Of a DNA stretch of 64,000 nucleotides, positions 26,903-39,849 are shown in pieces (the stretch's first letter is position 1; the number at the start of each line of letters is the position of its first letter). Location: positions 14,808,213-14,872,212 of the forward strand of contig OZ234493.1 of the NCBI GenBank assembly GCA_965153455.1, in the 5' to 3' direction. The DNA is from Sphagnum compactum. Its lineage: Eukaryota. A program made the position numbers and the translations under genes. The notes under the pieces were generated by a model that saw only the letters and a list, made by a program, of their open reading frames with translations, was not told the origin of the DNA and made no database searches.

Positions 26903-28189
26903 TAAGAACCTGTTTGACGAAACCTTGCCAACCATAAATTAACCAAAGCACCCCAAAAAAAGGGGAAAACAAGGAACAAAATGGAAGGACCCATTGTGAC
27001 AAAAAATAGGGATTTAGGGTTTTTGTGTGAAGAGGATGTTTTCTATCATTGTCTTGGTGCTGGAAATCACCTTCTATCTTGTCATCTTGTGATGCACAAT
27101 ATCACTTTTGATGGGAAAGTTTTATGTTGACGATAAGTATATCTTTAAGGAGGAATGAAAGTTTAGGGATCAAGGTTTGTTGTTTGTTTTCTATTTTGTG
27201 TGGTGGAAAATGGTATGAGCAATGGAGTTGGACAGTGACGCGAGACTACAAAAGGTGTCGAATTTTTCAAGCTAAACATCTTGTTCCTAGTAATTAGAAT
27301 TGCTAGTTTTTGTTGTGTAGATCTTGTTTTGTTTGAAGAGATGGATATTGGGATGAATGCCCATGAGATGTAGTAAACATTTTTTTGATTCCAAGAATTT
27401 CATTGCGTTGGAGTTAGGAACAGAATGTTGGTCTTCATTAGGTTTTTAGAGGTCGATAATGGAAGAGATCAGAGGCTCTACAAGATTTGTTGGCTAGTCA
27501 GTTGTGGAATTCATTGATAAGACTTGTTATGTTTGAGTCAAATTTTAATTATTGTTTGGGAGGGTTGAGTACCTTACACCGGGAGCTTTGAATAGTTGTT
27601 CTTTCATGGGGAAGCTGGGTGTTTACTGGGAGATTTTCTAAATTTTTCCAATGATGGGATTACAGCTTGTTAAAAACTTTTTTCAAACCCTAATTAGTTG
27701 CTCACTAGGAGATCAACTATTTTTAAACCACTGTGTGAAATTCCACAACCATTGACCATGATAGCCATTGAGAGAGGATCCAAAATGATCTGATCCATTG
27801 TTTGCTTTAGTTTAAAATCCACATTGCATAGGGTTGGTAATAATCATATTGTTGTGTGAATAATCATATTTGAAATTTTAAGTTAGAATTAATGTCTATT
27901 GCATTTCAGTCTAAAGAAGTGATTACATTCTCTTTGAACTTGATGTGACTTCCTTTTTTGGTTACACCCTGTCCAAGAAGACAAATAAACCACCTAAGTG
28001 GGCGAATCACAAGGGGAACATCAAGTTTTCAAACCTCCTCCTGTCGTGAAAGGCATATCAAATAAGGAAAGAGGAGGACTTCTTAAAAAGATGTTTAGTT
28101 TAAACGAACCCTCACTTACTATAATAACACATTTCAAACTTAAAAAAATCTATGCAGATTATAACATCACTCACACCCTCTACATATAA

Positions 28190-30190
28190 AATGCACACAA
28201 ATTTGAAAAAGGAGGGCCTTTAGTGCCCTTTGTTCTTCACACCATGTTGGCACACTGATGGAAAAACTTGTCCACTTATTGGTGTAAACATTCAAAAACC
28301 TCTACAACTAAAGGGAAAAACATGTCCATTGATAATCTATCACGATAAATATCGTCTTTTGTTTGAACTGTAATTATTGCAGTAACCCCATGAGAAAAAA
28401 TAGTCCGCAAAACCAAATCAACTTGAATGGAATTGACAATGATAACATTTGCCAACGTGCAGACATCATCGATTGATAGCACAATGTTGATTCAACAACG
28501 TGAAGACTACATATCAAGGGGTGGAAAGACATGAATTTGTTGTCGAAAAAATATGAAATCTTGCATCTTTTGCAATGGCCACAAAAATATCTTGTAAAAT
28601 ATCATGCAAAATCGACTTTTCCTCATCATGAGCGCAACAAAGAAGGTGGATCCCCATAGGATCCAAAGGTTGGCTATAAATGCCATGTGACACCCCAAGA
28701 CCAAAGGATGGGAAAGACCCAACCTACTACACAATGTGATGAAATGTTTTTTTGAAGCAAGGCATAAAAAAAGGATGACTAGGTCGGCTGACAACCAATC
28801 ACCTACATTTGACCCCACACATGATCTCAAACATGTCCAATGTAAATCAAAAGGTAAATAAAAAAGAATGTTAATAAAAGAATGGTTGTGTAATCTCTCT
28901 AAAATATTCTCTTGAAAGTGATTTGCGCCTCTTTTAACCACTTGCTCAAAAATGGGCACACATGTTACAACCCCCAAAGGAAGAAACTTTTGCATTGATC
29001 TTAAATGTATCAAGAAAAGGAGTGGCTTTAGGCTGTTCACAACTATCATCTCCAACAAGAATGGGCAAAAATTCAACAAAAACCTAGAAGCTATGACATG
29101 GGCAACTAAAGCCCAACTCCCCAAATAAGCAGCTTGAGTAATGGCCTTTAAAAAAATCAGCCATATGCCCCCACCAAAAATGGGGAAAGCCACTTGTCTT
29201 GGACCAAAGAGGCATGGAGGCACTGTAATGAGCATCGACCCAAAAGTTTATAAAACATTTCCCATTAAGGTCAAATCCAAAACAATAAGCTAATTTTGAA
29301 AACTTGGAAAGGGGAAGAACAACGAATAAAAAAGGAAAGCCTTTGGGTCAAACATAAAAAAAAGATACCCAAAGCCACCTACACATCCATTAATTTCGAG
29401 AGCACGTTTGGGTGCTAAACATGTTCACCTAGAGCCTCCTACAAAAAAACAAAAAACAAAGGAAGAAAAGCCAAAAGGGACACTAATCATCCTGATGCCA
29501 TCAAGGTGACAATAAAACTCAATAGGGGGGACAAATCCAGGAAGTAAGCTAGATAAAGCCCAAGTTGAACACTTGCGGGGTTGAATGGACAACCCCATAA
29601 AACCAATTAGGAAGCAAAATGATTAAAAGTGAGGGAGACGACATGGGCAAGGTCAAGGATATGTGTGTCATTGGCCAAGGAAGGGAAATGATATGAAGTG
29701 AAAACCATAAAAAAACACAAAGCATAAAAATGAACTAGTGCAAAAAAAGGCCATGCAAGTGGGTTGTTTTGGGTGTGTGCCCATAGAAGAAAGAATGATA
29801 GACAAAGCCCTGAAGGAATGATGATGACTAAAGAACAAAAGAATTTGAAGGCCATAAAAATAATAAACAAAGGAAAAAATTAGAACAACTAACCTCCTAT
29901 TGTTTGAAGTTTCTAAAAAATGATATTACGTAAGATGGTGTTGAAAACATTTGCAATGTCTACTTAAAGCACCACCCAATCAAGACAAACATGCAAAGGA
30001 GAAGAACTTGATAAGCCTAACAATGTCTCTGATGTCGAACTATGCCATGTTGGGGAAAATACGGTTCCACAATGGGAACATGAAATGTTGGGAAGGGCCC
30101 CACCCCTACACCCAAGGGACAATGATACACTAGAAGGGCTACAATTGTTCGAGGAATCAAATTGGAATAAAAACTTGGGGGAGGCCAAGT
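28190..30190 (-). mobile_element. Degenerate non-LTR retrotransposon, RT plus restriction-like endonuclease (CRE-like)
   Basis: Frameshifted fragments. RT: TQNNPLAWPFFALVHF...FPSLANDTHIL, a degenerate QGDPL...LADD. Then GGGIWL, AAYLGSWALVA and RLGLSHP, followed by a degraded CCHC-type segment (QPLDPMGIHLL). C-terminal LSIDDVCTLANVII...FFPLVVEVFECLH is typical of RLE domains. Confidence 0.7.
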
Positions 30191-30194
30191 GTTA

Positions 30195-30430
30195 AAGAAG
30201 GAAGTGCCGAAGGATAGGGAAGAAGAAGGAAAGAAAGAAAGAAGAAAGAATGAAAAAAAAAGGGAAGAGAGGAAGAAAGAAAAAAAAGGAAAGAAGGAAA
30301 GACAAAGGGAAGAGAAAAAGAAACAAAAAGAATAAAGGAAAAAGAAAGGAAGGAAAAGAAGTAAGAAGGAAAGAAAGGAGAAAGAAAGAAAGAATAAGAG
30401 AAGAGAGGGAGAAAGAAAAAAAGAAAGGGA
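30195..30430. repeat. Purine-rich (GA) low-complexity tract
   Basis: About 235 bp of almost pure A/G, which generates spurious K/R/E-rich and F/S/L-rich ORFs. Confidence 0.9.
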
Positions 30431-30451
30431 GGTTCAAGTCCTTGTGTTCTC

Positions 30452-30553
30452 GTATCTCCTCCTCCTCTTTTGCTTTGGTGGTTGCACCCACTTGTAGCAA
30501 TGTATCCTCCTCCTCTTTTGCTTTGGTCGTTGCACCCACTTGTAGCAATGTAA
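30452..30553. repeat. ~51-bp tandem duplication
   Basis: CCTCCTCCTCTTTTGCTTTGGTNGTTGCACCCACTTGTAGCAATGTA occurs twice. Confidence 0.85.
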
Positions 30554-32064
30554 CCTCGTGAGCAACGTGATAACAGAAACATCTAAAACCAAGTGAAAAA
30601 AATGAATAATGGGTAGGCAATGGTTGGCACACTCGTTGGTGCATAATCACAAACTCCACATGAAATTTGAGCCTGAATCTTATGTAGCTCCCACATCCAA
30701 AAGGGGATGATGAGGCTATATAGAAATTTCTTAACAAACATTTCTCTAACATTCATCACTGTTGAAGAGCATAGTAGCAATTGTTAGTAGTGTGGGTAGT
30801 CTTAGCAAAGTGTGTGCCATTCATTTAATCATGAGAATTGCTCCAACCAGTGATCTATGTATGCACATATACAGGTATGTTCACACATACACTCGACTTA
30901 TGAGTTCTTGTCTCATATAATTTTGGTGGCTATCATTGCCAAAGGATATATACTTATTACTTCTCTACATCATTAATTTGTGCAAATTCGATGACTGGGT
31001 ATATTTTGGGCCATATATTCATTCCAAGGTTTTGGAATGAGGATCTTGAAATAATGTTGCTAAATGGGTCATTGTACTAATTAATATAGATCACTATTAA
31101 CTAACCCAAGATAATATTTCTTGAGTTTAAGTTGAATGAATGATTTGGAATATGATGGGATGTCATTCAAAATTGTAGTGTTATTTTTAAGGTCCTAGGA
31201 AATTATATTGAACTTGTTGGAAATGAAGTTCTCTAAAGTACTCTTTCAATTCACAGCTGAAAAGTTAACACAACTGAACAGGTGTGCCTCTTTATTTTGA
31301 GAGGTGGAAACAAAAGGCTACACGCAATTGGAACTTTGCATGAACTTTGTCACACATTACTCACTTTTGTTCGCTTTATTCTATCCCAAGGTCATTCACT
31401 TCCCATTTACCACCAACTTCAAGTTCTATAACTACATCAAAACAAATAGTTTTGTGCTCAAATTTTGCAAAAACATTTGAGAATTTGACAATCTGAACTT
31501 TTCCACCCAAAAAAAAAAAGGGTTTAGGGGGGATCCAAAACTCCTTTACATTATTATTATTGTGCTAGAAACATGACCAATTTTTTGGCTCATATGAATT
31601 TAACAAATTATCATCATTAAAGCTTCAATCAAAATTGTTGTAATCATCACTCGGTAATCCCCTTTCCCCATTTATATATACATATGTATGCAGGTGGGCC
31701 TTTACAAGTGCATTTTTTTACACCATGGTTTTTTTCCACATCTTGATTCTCAACTTCCACACCATCATACTCTTTACAGGCCATTAGATTGGTGCTATTT
31801 AAAACCTAAAATTCATCCAAATTCTCTTTACATGCCATTAGACTTGTGGGAGCTATTGAAAACCTGAACTTGTTCAAATTACTACTGTGTACAGGCCATT
31901 ATAATACCATGTACAGGTGAACATGCTCCAAAAACCTCTCTACTTCTGTCTACTAGCAAAGTTCAGACCAGCAATACCAACAAAAGTTTAAAAATTTTCA
32001 GACCAGTGTGTTGGCTGGTTCTTCCTTCCTTCCTTTTGTTCAAAGAGAACCTTCCATCTGGATT

Positions 32065-32610
32065 TTGACACTTAAATTTTATTTTTCATAGGTTTTTTCA
32101 TCACTTAATTTTTTTTAATAGGTTTGTTTGTCACTTTTTTAAAAAAATTCATTTTTTTTTTTTTTTTTGGGGCAATTTTTCACAGTTCAATTTTTATGAG
32201 TAATTTTACGGTACGTTTGTTCATCAGTTAATTTTTTTGTGATATGTTTGTTCATCCCTTAAATTTTTTTCAATAGGTTTGTTTGTCACTTAAAAAAAAT
32301 TTCAAAGTGTTTTTTTCGCAATTTTGACGCTTCAATTTTTATGAGTGATTTTTCAATAGGTTTGTTCATCATTTAAACTTTTTTTGGCTATGTTTGTTCA
32401 TCAATTAATTTTTTTTCAATAGGTTTGTTTATCACTTAAATTTTTTTCAATGTGTTTTTTTTTTTTTTGCAATTTTGACACGTCAATTTTTATGAGTAAT
32501 TCTTCAATAGGTTTGTTCATGAGATTTTATTTTTTTTGTTTTCGATAGGTTTTGTTCATCACTTAAACTTTTTTTTGATGGGTTTTTTTTTGCAATTGTT
32601 GATACTTAAA
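32065..32610. repeat. Degenerate T-rich tandem array (~30-bp units with higher-order repeats)
   Basis: Recurrent AGGTTTGTTCATCACTTAAATTTTTTT and GCAATTTTGAC..TCAATTTTTATGAGT. Confidence 0.75.
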
Positions 32611-33482
32611 AAGTATTTATTAGTTGAGATGTTCAGACTTCAGACAAAACACCAACAACAGTTGAAAATAAGAAATGTTCCATAAAGTCCCCCCCCCAAA
32701 AAAAAAACCCCCATAAACTCACAAATTTAGGTACACACTAACAACAAGCACTTTGGAGAGCATTTTTCCTCAAAATGTGGGACCAGTTGAAAACTACATC
32801 ACTTCCTGCTCTAATGTATCTCCCCAAGCTTTTAACTCCACTTTAAGAGGTCTGTGTCTTTTACACACAAAGTGCAATCACAAGAAAAGAGGGGTGAGGA
32901 AAACTGGAGAAGAAGAGGACAGAAAGTGAGAGAGAAGAAGAGAGATCCAAGACTGGCAAGAAACAGAAGAACAAGAGAAGGAATTGATTACACAAACATA
33001 ATTTAGCCACAAGAGAAGAGAAGAGAAGAGAAGAGAAGGGCAGATAAGAGGGAGAAAGAGAGCAGAGAACTATAGAAAGATCAAAAAGGAGAAGAGAGTA
33101 AAAACAACTAAAGAAGAGACAAGAAGTGAAAAGAAGACTAAGAGATTAGAGTATTACAAGAGGAAAATAGATAGGAGAAAAAAGAGTAGAGAAACCAATT
33201 GGAGAACAAGAGTTGAATTAGGAAGTACCCAAAAGAGGAGGAGAAGTGGTATAGACACGAGAAGAGGATTGAAGCCAAAAAGGAGGAGTTTTGAGAGGGA
33301 AGGAATTATATAAACATAAAGGAAAAATTGAAGAAGAAGAAGAATTGAAGAATTGGAGGATTGAAGAAGAATTGAAGAAGAAGAATTGGAGAATTGGAGA
33401 AGGAGGAGAAGAATCACAGGGCTTTGGACTTGATCTGGGATTTGGGTGAATTGGAAAAAGAAAAGGTTGAGGAAGCTGAGAA

Positions 33483-36292
33483 ATGAGGGAGATGGTGTTG
33501 ACAGGAGGTGAGCAGGCAGTGGGTGGAGATCAGCAACAGCAGCAGAGATGGGTGTTGGTGACTGGGGGAGCAGGCTATATTGGGAGTCATACAGTTTTGC
33601 AGATGTTGCTGAAGGACTACAAGATTGTGATTGTGGACAACCTTGAGAATTCCTGCGAGGAAGCTGTGCACAGAGTTAGAGAATTGGCTGGCAACAATGG
33701 CCAGAACCTCATCTTTAAGCAGGTGTGATGATGAAGCCCAGTCTAAAGTGTAGCACATGCATGCATGCAAAAACTCCACAAGAATCTTCAGACCCTGTCC
33801 CTCTCTTATCAATTCCTTTATATTTCTTTCTTCACTTCTTGTTCTGGAGGTTGGTTGCATGTTGACAAAATTCTTTTCATTTGAGCAAAATCTAAACTTG
33901 TCAAGGAGATGCTGAATTTTCCACAAAGACAGGTCTACATAATTTTTTAGTGTGATACTAATACATGGAGAAGAACTCTGAGCTGCAGGTGGATCTTCGT
34001 GATAAGGATGCATTAGAAGAAGTCTTCAAGACTTTCCGGTAATGCTTTGTGCATACTGCAAATTCATTTCTGGATTGTGCAAGGAGTCTGCGAATTGCTT
34101 GCAGGCAGCTTTTGTGAATTCCTTGTCCAACTTTGAGGATTGGGCAAATTCTTTCAGGACATTTTGTAGGAGATTCCATCCTGAAAACTGACAAAGAAAG
34201 AGCCTTGGATTGATTGCTTGGCAGATTCAATGCTGTAATTCACTTTGCAGGCTTGAAAGCCGTGGGTGAAAGTGTTCGCATGCCTTTGCATTATTATAAC
34301 AACAATATAATCGGTACTTTGAATCTCTTGGATGCCATGACAAGGCATGGATGTAAGCAGGTAAAAAAAAGCTACTGCTTCTTCTTCTCACAGTGCTCTC
34401 CAAGTTTCTTCTTCTTCTTCTTCAGAGAATTGTAATTGTCTTGTGATGAAGATGATGATGGTGATGATATGGCCTGCATGCAGCTTGTGGATTGACAGTT
34501 GCAACCCTAAAGGATAGATTTGCAAGTGTAAATCTGTCTGTCTTTCTCTTCACATTGTTGGTAATCTTTTTCTTGGCTACATGTGTACGTATGTCCATTT
34601 TTGCAGATTGTTTTCTCATCATCTGCCACAGTTTATGGACAACCCAAATCTGTGCCTTGCACTGAAGAATTTCCTCTTGAAGCCACCAACCCATACGGCC
34701 GTACTAAAGTAAGCTGAACATGATTGGGTCCTGGGTTGTCACTTGGTTTATCATCTGACATTGTGTAGTTCTATGATCAATGCAGAATAGTGTGTTGATC
34801 AAGATGCTGGGTTTTTACAGGTTTTGGCTTCCTTCGAATCAAAATCACTGAGTGCAGTTTGTGTTTTCGTCTGAATCATGCAGCTTGTTATCGAAGGCAT
34901 CTTGAAAGATGTTCATGTAGCAGATCCCACTTGGAGGATTGTGTTACTCCGCTTCTTCAATCCAGTCGGATCACATCCAAGTGGCCACATCGGGGAGGAC
35001 CCCCGAGGTGTCCCAAATAATCTGATGCCAGTTGTGCAGCAGGTTGCAGTTGGCAGACGCACAGAGCTAACAGTGTTTGGTAATGACTACAACACCCGAG
35101 ATGGCACAGGAGTGAGTCTTCTTCTGAATCCTCTCCTGGAACTTCTTTCAAGCTGGACATTTGAAGGCCCTGTGTTTTATTCTGGGATCTGCATCGTTGT
35201 ATGTCTGCTCAATTCTTTCTGTCTACTAGTCTTGATTTTAGTGTCGAGAATGATTTCCAAAGGTAGAGAGAGACATTGAATCTGTGTGTGTTGGGGGTTT
35301 TTTTTTCCCAGGTGCGTGACTATATTCATGTCATGGATTTGGCAGCTGGTCATATTCAAGCTCTTCATAAGCTATTCAATACTCCTGACATAGGTAAGGG
35401 AATTTATGCTCAGACTTCATCACTTGGAACTGGTTCTCTTGGTGTTTTTGGAACTTAAAAAGCTTCAAGAAATATAAAAGGGGATGTCAAATGTTGGTTG
35501 AAAAATTGACCATGAACTGTTCCATGTTCTTTAGTTCATTTTTTAATCCAAATGCACCTCTGGTTTTTCTGCTTCTACAGGATGTGCGATTTACAATCTT
35601 GGAACAGGGAGAGGCACATCTGTTTTAGAGATGGTTGCTGCATTCGAGAAGGCATCTGGGAAGGTCTAAGATCAGTCTCCTATCTGTTTAAATTTTCTCC
35701 CTTTTCATTGCTTGCTGGATTCTTCAAGGATATCATTGTATAATTTCAGACAATAATATGCAGATATCTTCAAAACATGTTTGACTCAGTTCACAAAATG
35801 TTTTGCTAATAGTGGGCTGCATTTGGGATCAACACTGTGATCAGAAAATTCCTTTGCGATTCACGGATCGTCGACCAGGAGATTGTAGCGAGGTTTATGC
35901 TGCAACAGAGAAAGCAGAAAAAGAGCTCGGATGGACGTAAGCCTCCATGATTAATTATTCAGCTTGATTGTATACTGTGTTATCAATCTTTGAAAAAGGT
36001 GCAAGTTCTTTTGATTAATTGAACTGAAAGATATTGATGTTCAAGGGTCGTGTTGGATGTTGAAGAATATTTGCCCACTGGTTATTAATTTCCAAGAGGA
36101 AGTCCTTGGAACATATGCAGAGCTAAACTCGGTATAGAGGAGATGTGCCGTGACCAGTGGAATTGGGCAAGCAAGAACCCATATGGGTATCAAGCTGCTG
36201 CTGCAAGCTCCAATGGATTGTCAAAAGCAACTCAGAATGGGACGACTGTTGACCACAACCTGACATTGCATGGAGAAGCAATTACAAGCTAA
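33483..36292 (+). CDS. UGE: UDP-glucose 4-epimerase (9 exons)
   Basis: Exons 33483-33722, 33989-34038, 34225-34360, 34607-34708, 34884-35111, 35312-35393, 35581-35663, 35845-35936, 36121-36292. Motifs [59 protein letters not shown] and RRPGD. All introns are GT-AG. Confidence 0.96.
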
Positions 36293-39200
36293 AAAGCACT
36301 CCTCAGCCAACATAGATCTCCAAAATTCTCATTTTTGTGTAGTAGAAACACAAATCCAAGTTCTTGTACCCCGAGCTTCCTTCCTTCCACACATGATTTT
36401 ACAACCTCCAAAATAGCTTGTTACAGGATGTCAGGTTACTTTGAGATTTAGGCACCCAAGATTTTGAGAGATTTTTCTTGGTGTTCTGGAATCTGAATAA
36501 TAATAATATTGCGGGTAGCAGTTTGGACATTATATGGAGATGTGAGATTTTAATGCAAACCCAAGTTGTGGGCTTCATGGGACATTGAACTCCAGTAGAA
36601 AATATGGAAGATGGGAGGAAACTAGTGTGGAGATCTAGGAAAGCTCAGAGAGGGGAACAAATTATGCATATATAATTTTCATGGTTGTCACTCTTTGATT
36701 CTTGGTACGTGAGGATTAAACATACAGAATTTGTACACGAAAATTTGTACAGAATTTGCTTGTTTTACAGTGGTCTCAGTTGCGCACTTTTGGGTTCCTT
36801 TGTCAGCTGCACAAGTTTCATAGCTCAGGCTCAATGATACATGACAATGAGAGATGATCACTACGCCACTTGGAAAAATTTCCAACAGAGTTTGTAACAG
36901 ATGAAAACATGAGATTCCAATAGTTTTATGCCATATTCATGTCATATCATGCAATTTTTGCAAGACAAATCATATGAACTTTCCATTAAGTCTGCAACAT
37001 GAACGTCATTTGGAAATTTTATCAGCATGTCACATGAAAATATTAGAATGTAATTTGCCTTGCATTGTGTCAAGATTTATCACAACCATATATGGTGTCC
37101 ATTTTTGTCAGATTATAGAAATTAAAATCGTGTAACATTTTTGACAAATCTAAGATCATCATGCAATCCACAAATGAGTAGCATAACTCCCTCATGCATG
37201 ATGCAACATTGTGATGGTTTGTGAGGGTGAAGTAGTAGGAGGGTCCAATTGTGATTTGATCTAAATGAACATTATTTTGTTAGATTACTATACAAATTTA
37301 ATTAGGATCATATTGATGATGATTTGAGCCATTTTGATATTTTCAAATTTTAATACTCATAGTTTTATATTGATTAAGATAGTACTTTTTACAAAATATT
37401 AAGGCCATTGTCATAGCTCATTCACACTAGAAAAACAAGCATCCACTACAAAATACACAAGTTACATTGAACCTTCAAATAACATACAAACAAATCCCTC
37501 TTCTAATAATTATTTAGGATGAATTATGCAAAGCTACCTTATGGTGCAAATGGTTTTGTCCAATGTTGGGTCTGTATCTCGATTATAACAAATTAGCCAA
37601 GTGAAAAAAATTTAAGTTGAAAAAAGACAATGAGCTTCATATATTATTAACCTTGAAATTTTTCAAGGGTAATCGATTTGCAATTTGTCAATTTAGGTAA
37701 GGGTAAATGACCCACATTTGCATTTTTCACATTGTAAGAGAAGCACTAAATGTTTACCCTTCATCCATATTAGTAGGACATGTAAATCAATAAAAGGTAG
37801 GATGAAGTGGAGTATGAACAATATGTGCATAGTCATGCACAATGTTATGTTTTTAACAAAACATATTTCATGAAATCGGTGAATCTTTGCTGAAAAAATA
37901 TATTTTAACTCCAAAAATACAAATCTCCAAGTTTTTCTCCAAAAAGATTTCACCAAAAAAAATGGCAAAAAAATAGGGGGAATGCCATGTTGGCAATTGG
38001 TGAAAAATAGGTGGACCTTGTATAGTTAATTTAATGAAAAACGTGAAAAGTCAAAATAGTTATTAATCAATCACCACAATTCAAACAAATCCATTGCAAA
38101 ATTTGGGAATACACATAATTTGTAATATAATTATTGCATTTACCCTCTTTTCACCCACCTTAAAAAATTTACATGTCCAAAACACAAATGTAACCCCAAA
38201 TATCTACTAATCAACTAAGGTAGAGAAATTAAGTGAACTTGAACAATTACCATTGATGAGTGGCGCAAGTAAAAGGGTGGCATAAAATTTCCTTCATAAG
38301 CAAGCTCCATTTGTCATCTTAGTATATATTCACCAATTTATAAATATTGAAGTACCTAGCTTGGTTTGGTAGCAAGGTGCCTAATAATAATTATATTTTG
38401 GTCATGTACTTTGGACAATAATAATATTATGATTTTATGATTAAGCTTATACTAGATGGTGAAGCTAGTGAGCTTGAGAGTTTCTTTTAGATTTTAGAGT
38501 TTTTTTCATATTTTTGGCAATTCCAAAAATAATTTGTTACTACCTAACCAACCTAGGGTACAATATATAAGGAGTTATTCCCCTGACCCAAGTTTTGTCA
38601 ACTTATTAAAGATTATGACAAAGGAATATCTTACAGAAAGTTTTGCCTAAAATCGAGTAGTTTTTAGATCCACAAGAAAAAATGGTCACAAATCAATTAT
38701 GCCTTTCACATGGCACCCTTTTAAAACTTAAAATTAGAAACATAGATATTCCACTTCCATCACCAAGTATATATTGAATGTTACCCATATCCAAATGCAC
38801 TTTGCAATCTCCTTAAAAATATATATAAAGTTAAACTCCATATATGCTCACATTTCCAACAACCAATTAATTTGATGCAAACAATTTAATAATGGTGCAA
38901 GGACAATTTAATATTTGTTTCACATATGTATATGATGCATTAATGGAATTTGAAGTGTAAAGGCTATTTTCAAAATGAAAGATCAAATATAAGAATTTTC
39001 ACTATCTTTTTATTTCCAACTTAAAAGCATCTCCACCCATACTCGTATCAAGGCATGCATTGGTATTTCTCACATTCATTATTATTTATTTACATATCTG
39101 AAGCCCCACCCATAAACTTGAAAGAGGGAGCTTAAAAAGTGGGAGACCACACTAATTACAAAGCAAGTGAACTAATCAATTAATATGGACAATCCACAAT

Positions 39201-39849
39201 AGGATTTAAACTATGCAGAGGTTTTTGGCAACCACCACCAACATCATGTGCAAACATGTTGTCCAAAACCCTTTTCTTGAACCAAATCATAAGCTTTTAC
39301 TGTTATACATCCAAAACATGCTTTTATAGTGCGTGAGTGGGGATGCTCTAACCAATGACATTTTGTTTGTGAGAGCTTCCAAAATCTTTGGCTGAATTGT
39401 AGAGCTTGGAATTGTGTTTAATGTAAATGTGATGAATTGACTATAACAACCTAGAACACAACTTAAACACACCAAAAAAAAAATCAAACCACAACATAAC
39501 AAGGTAAAAAATAACATACACCAAGTTCAACACAAAGGGAAAATAAGATGTGTCAAAACCATAGATAGAAAAATGTAAAATTGAAACTTAATATTGCACA
39601 ATGATAAATCAAAAAGCAAAAAGGAAATCATATGAACTACATGTATTTATACTTATTGGAGGATGATTGTTGAGTTCTTTTCTATAATTAGGGAGTCTGT
39701 GCTAAATTGACCCAAAGTATATTAACCCTCTTTCAAGGTCACCCATCCCATTATTATTTAGATTGAAAGTAGGTTAATTCTAAAATTCTTTTGAAAAGAC
39801 AAATTGTTAAAAAACTTAAGTGATTTCCAAAAATAAAATTATTCTAAAT

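Noticed and set aside
30157-30752. Long K/R/E-rich and F/S/L-rich ORFs
   Set aside because: Artefacts of the GA low-complexity tract.
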